From Ginkgo biloba (lineage: Eukaryota > Plantae > Ginkgophyta), in NCBI GenBank assembly GCA_024626585.2, contig JANKJI020000002.1, positions 196,187,380-196,208,537 of the forward strand: a stretch of DNA of 21,158 nt, read 5' to 3'. Numbering within the stretch: position 1 is the first letter of the stretch; every line of letters starts with the position of its first letter. Under the pieces are notes generated by a model, which was given only the letters and a program-made list of their open reading frames with translations, searched no databases and had not been told where the DNA came from. Position numbers and translations under genes: made by a program. Shown piece by piece: positions 20,135 to 21,158 of this stretch.

Positions 20135-21158
20135 TGTAGCGAATCCCCTCAGAGGTCAAAGATGACATAGTACATGTGCTAGGAGAAGTTGATAAGTGCC
20201 AAAAATGAGCTGTGACTTGTTCTGGAGGTTCATTGGGCCCCACAATGCCTCTTTAGTTTGTGCACACACAAAGGAAAACCAATCTAGGATCAAAAGGAAG
20301 AGTGACAATGTTGAAAACTGGTAGCATGTTGGTAAGGGAAGAAAAGGAGATGGTCACGACAAGGGTCGGATCACCACCGACAAAAATAGCCAATTGACAA
20401 CCAACGAAGCTAAGGATGCATAGACCAAGAAAGGAACACAAGACAATTACATAATGAATGACAGGTGGCAAGATTAGAAGCAATCAAGCATAACTGAAAA
20501 GAGTATAAAAGCCAGGATGGTGTCATTCAGAAACATTGGACATCTAAATCGAAGGAAAATTACTGCAACCAAACCATCGACCGCAGGACGAGTCATCCGC
20601 CTTAGGCGGCCAGGAGAAGAATCTGACCAGAGGAGGACTGGCGACAGAACCTTGCGCCCACAAGGGAGAGGAAGTTAAAGGGAGGCACAATCGAGTCAGT
20701 GACCTCTACATGAACGACTAAGATTCCCTGAAGAACTGCAAAGTAGTAGAAGGGCAGAAAAACATCTTGTCGGGGCAAGGGTTGCCGAGGACGAGACCAA
20801 CCAACGTGGTGAACTGGCCCGACGTCAACAACAGATAATCAAGAATGAAAGATGACAAAAAGAAGACTGGCAAAGAGAAGATTGACAAAAAGGTGATTGA
20901 TAGTGTTGGAGATTGGACAATAGAAAGAGAGAGATTGGCAACAGGGGCTACACCAACAACCACATGAGAAACCGACAGAGCGAAGAATCAGTCATGAAGG
21001 AATACAAAAAACACAAGAGTGGGAAATGAAGCGTAGGATGGAAGATATAATAAATGCTCAGGCATGCGACTCACCTACCTCGAATCTTGCAGACAATGAA
21101 ATCAATTTGGACATAATATATATCGACGATGAAGCTGATAGGTTATTTGAAGAAGCAA
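20135..21158 (+). mobile_element. Probable repeat or LTR-element insertion in the intron after the 41-nt exon; runs off the window
   Basis: Composition switches from T-rich intron to A/G-rich, CpG-containing sequence at TGTAGCG (20135), with TATAAAA at 20504-20510. No second terminus or protein domain is visible. Confidence 0.35.

Noticed and set aside
19522-21158. Next kinase exon (EVAVKKF...)
   Set aside because: No matching sequence found. It lies beyond the window or possibly in gap 19861-19960.

Overview
Eukaryotic (plant) genomic DNA from a gapped draft assembly with many N runs. The window holds the middle of one + strand gene, a group B3 Raf-like MAP3K of the EDR1/CTR1 family, most like the SIS8/RAF4-RAF5 clade. 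Four coding exons are visible: 1616 into a gap at 1989, 13569-13672, 17850-19257 and 19481-19521. They encode the EDR1 N-terminal domain, the central linker and kinase subdomain I. The start codon and the rest of the kinase domain lie outside the window. The introns are very large (about 11.5 kb and 4.2 kb) and full of decayed transposons: a solo LTR with a perfect 5-bp TSD, an inverted second copy of that LTR nested in a Ty3/gypsy element (LTR + tRNA-iMet PBS + gag), a BED/DUF659 hAT transposase pseudogene and LINE remnants. This layout suggests a large-genome plant such as a gymnosperm (inference). I found no evidence of a new biological system. There are no RNA genes or CRISPR arrays, and most entries in the ORF track are spurious. 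The most notable points are the inverted LTR pair inside one intron, the nested TE history, a CHG-deamination footprint and substitutions at normally conserved kinase-family residues. All family assignments come from recalled motifs, not database searches.
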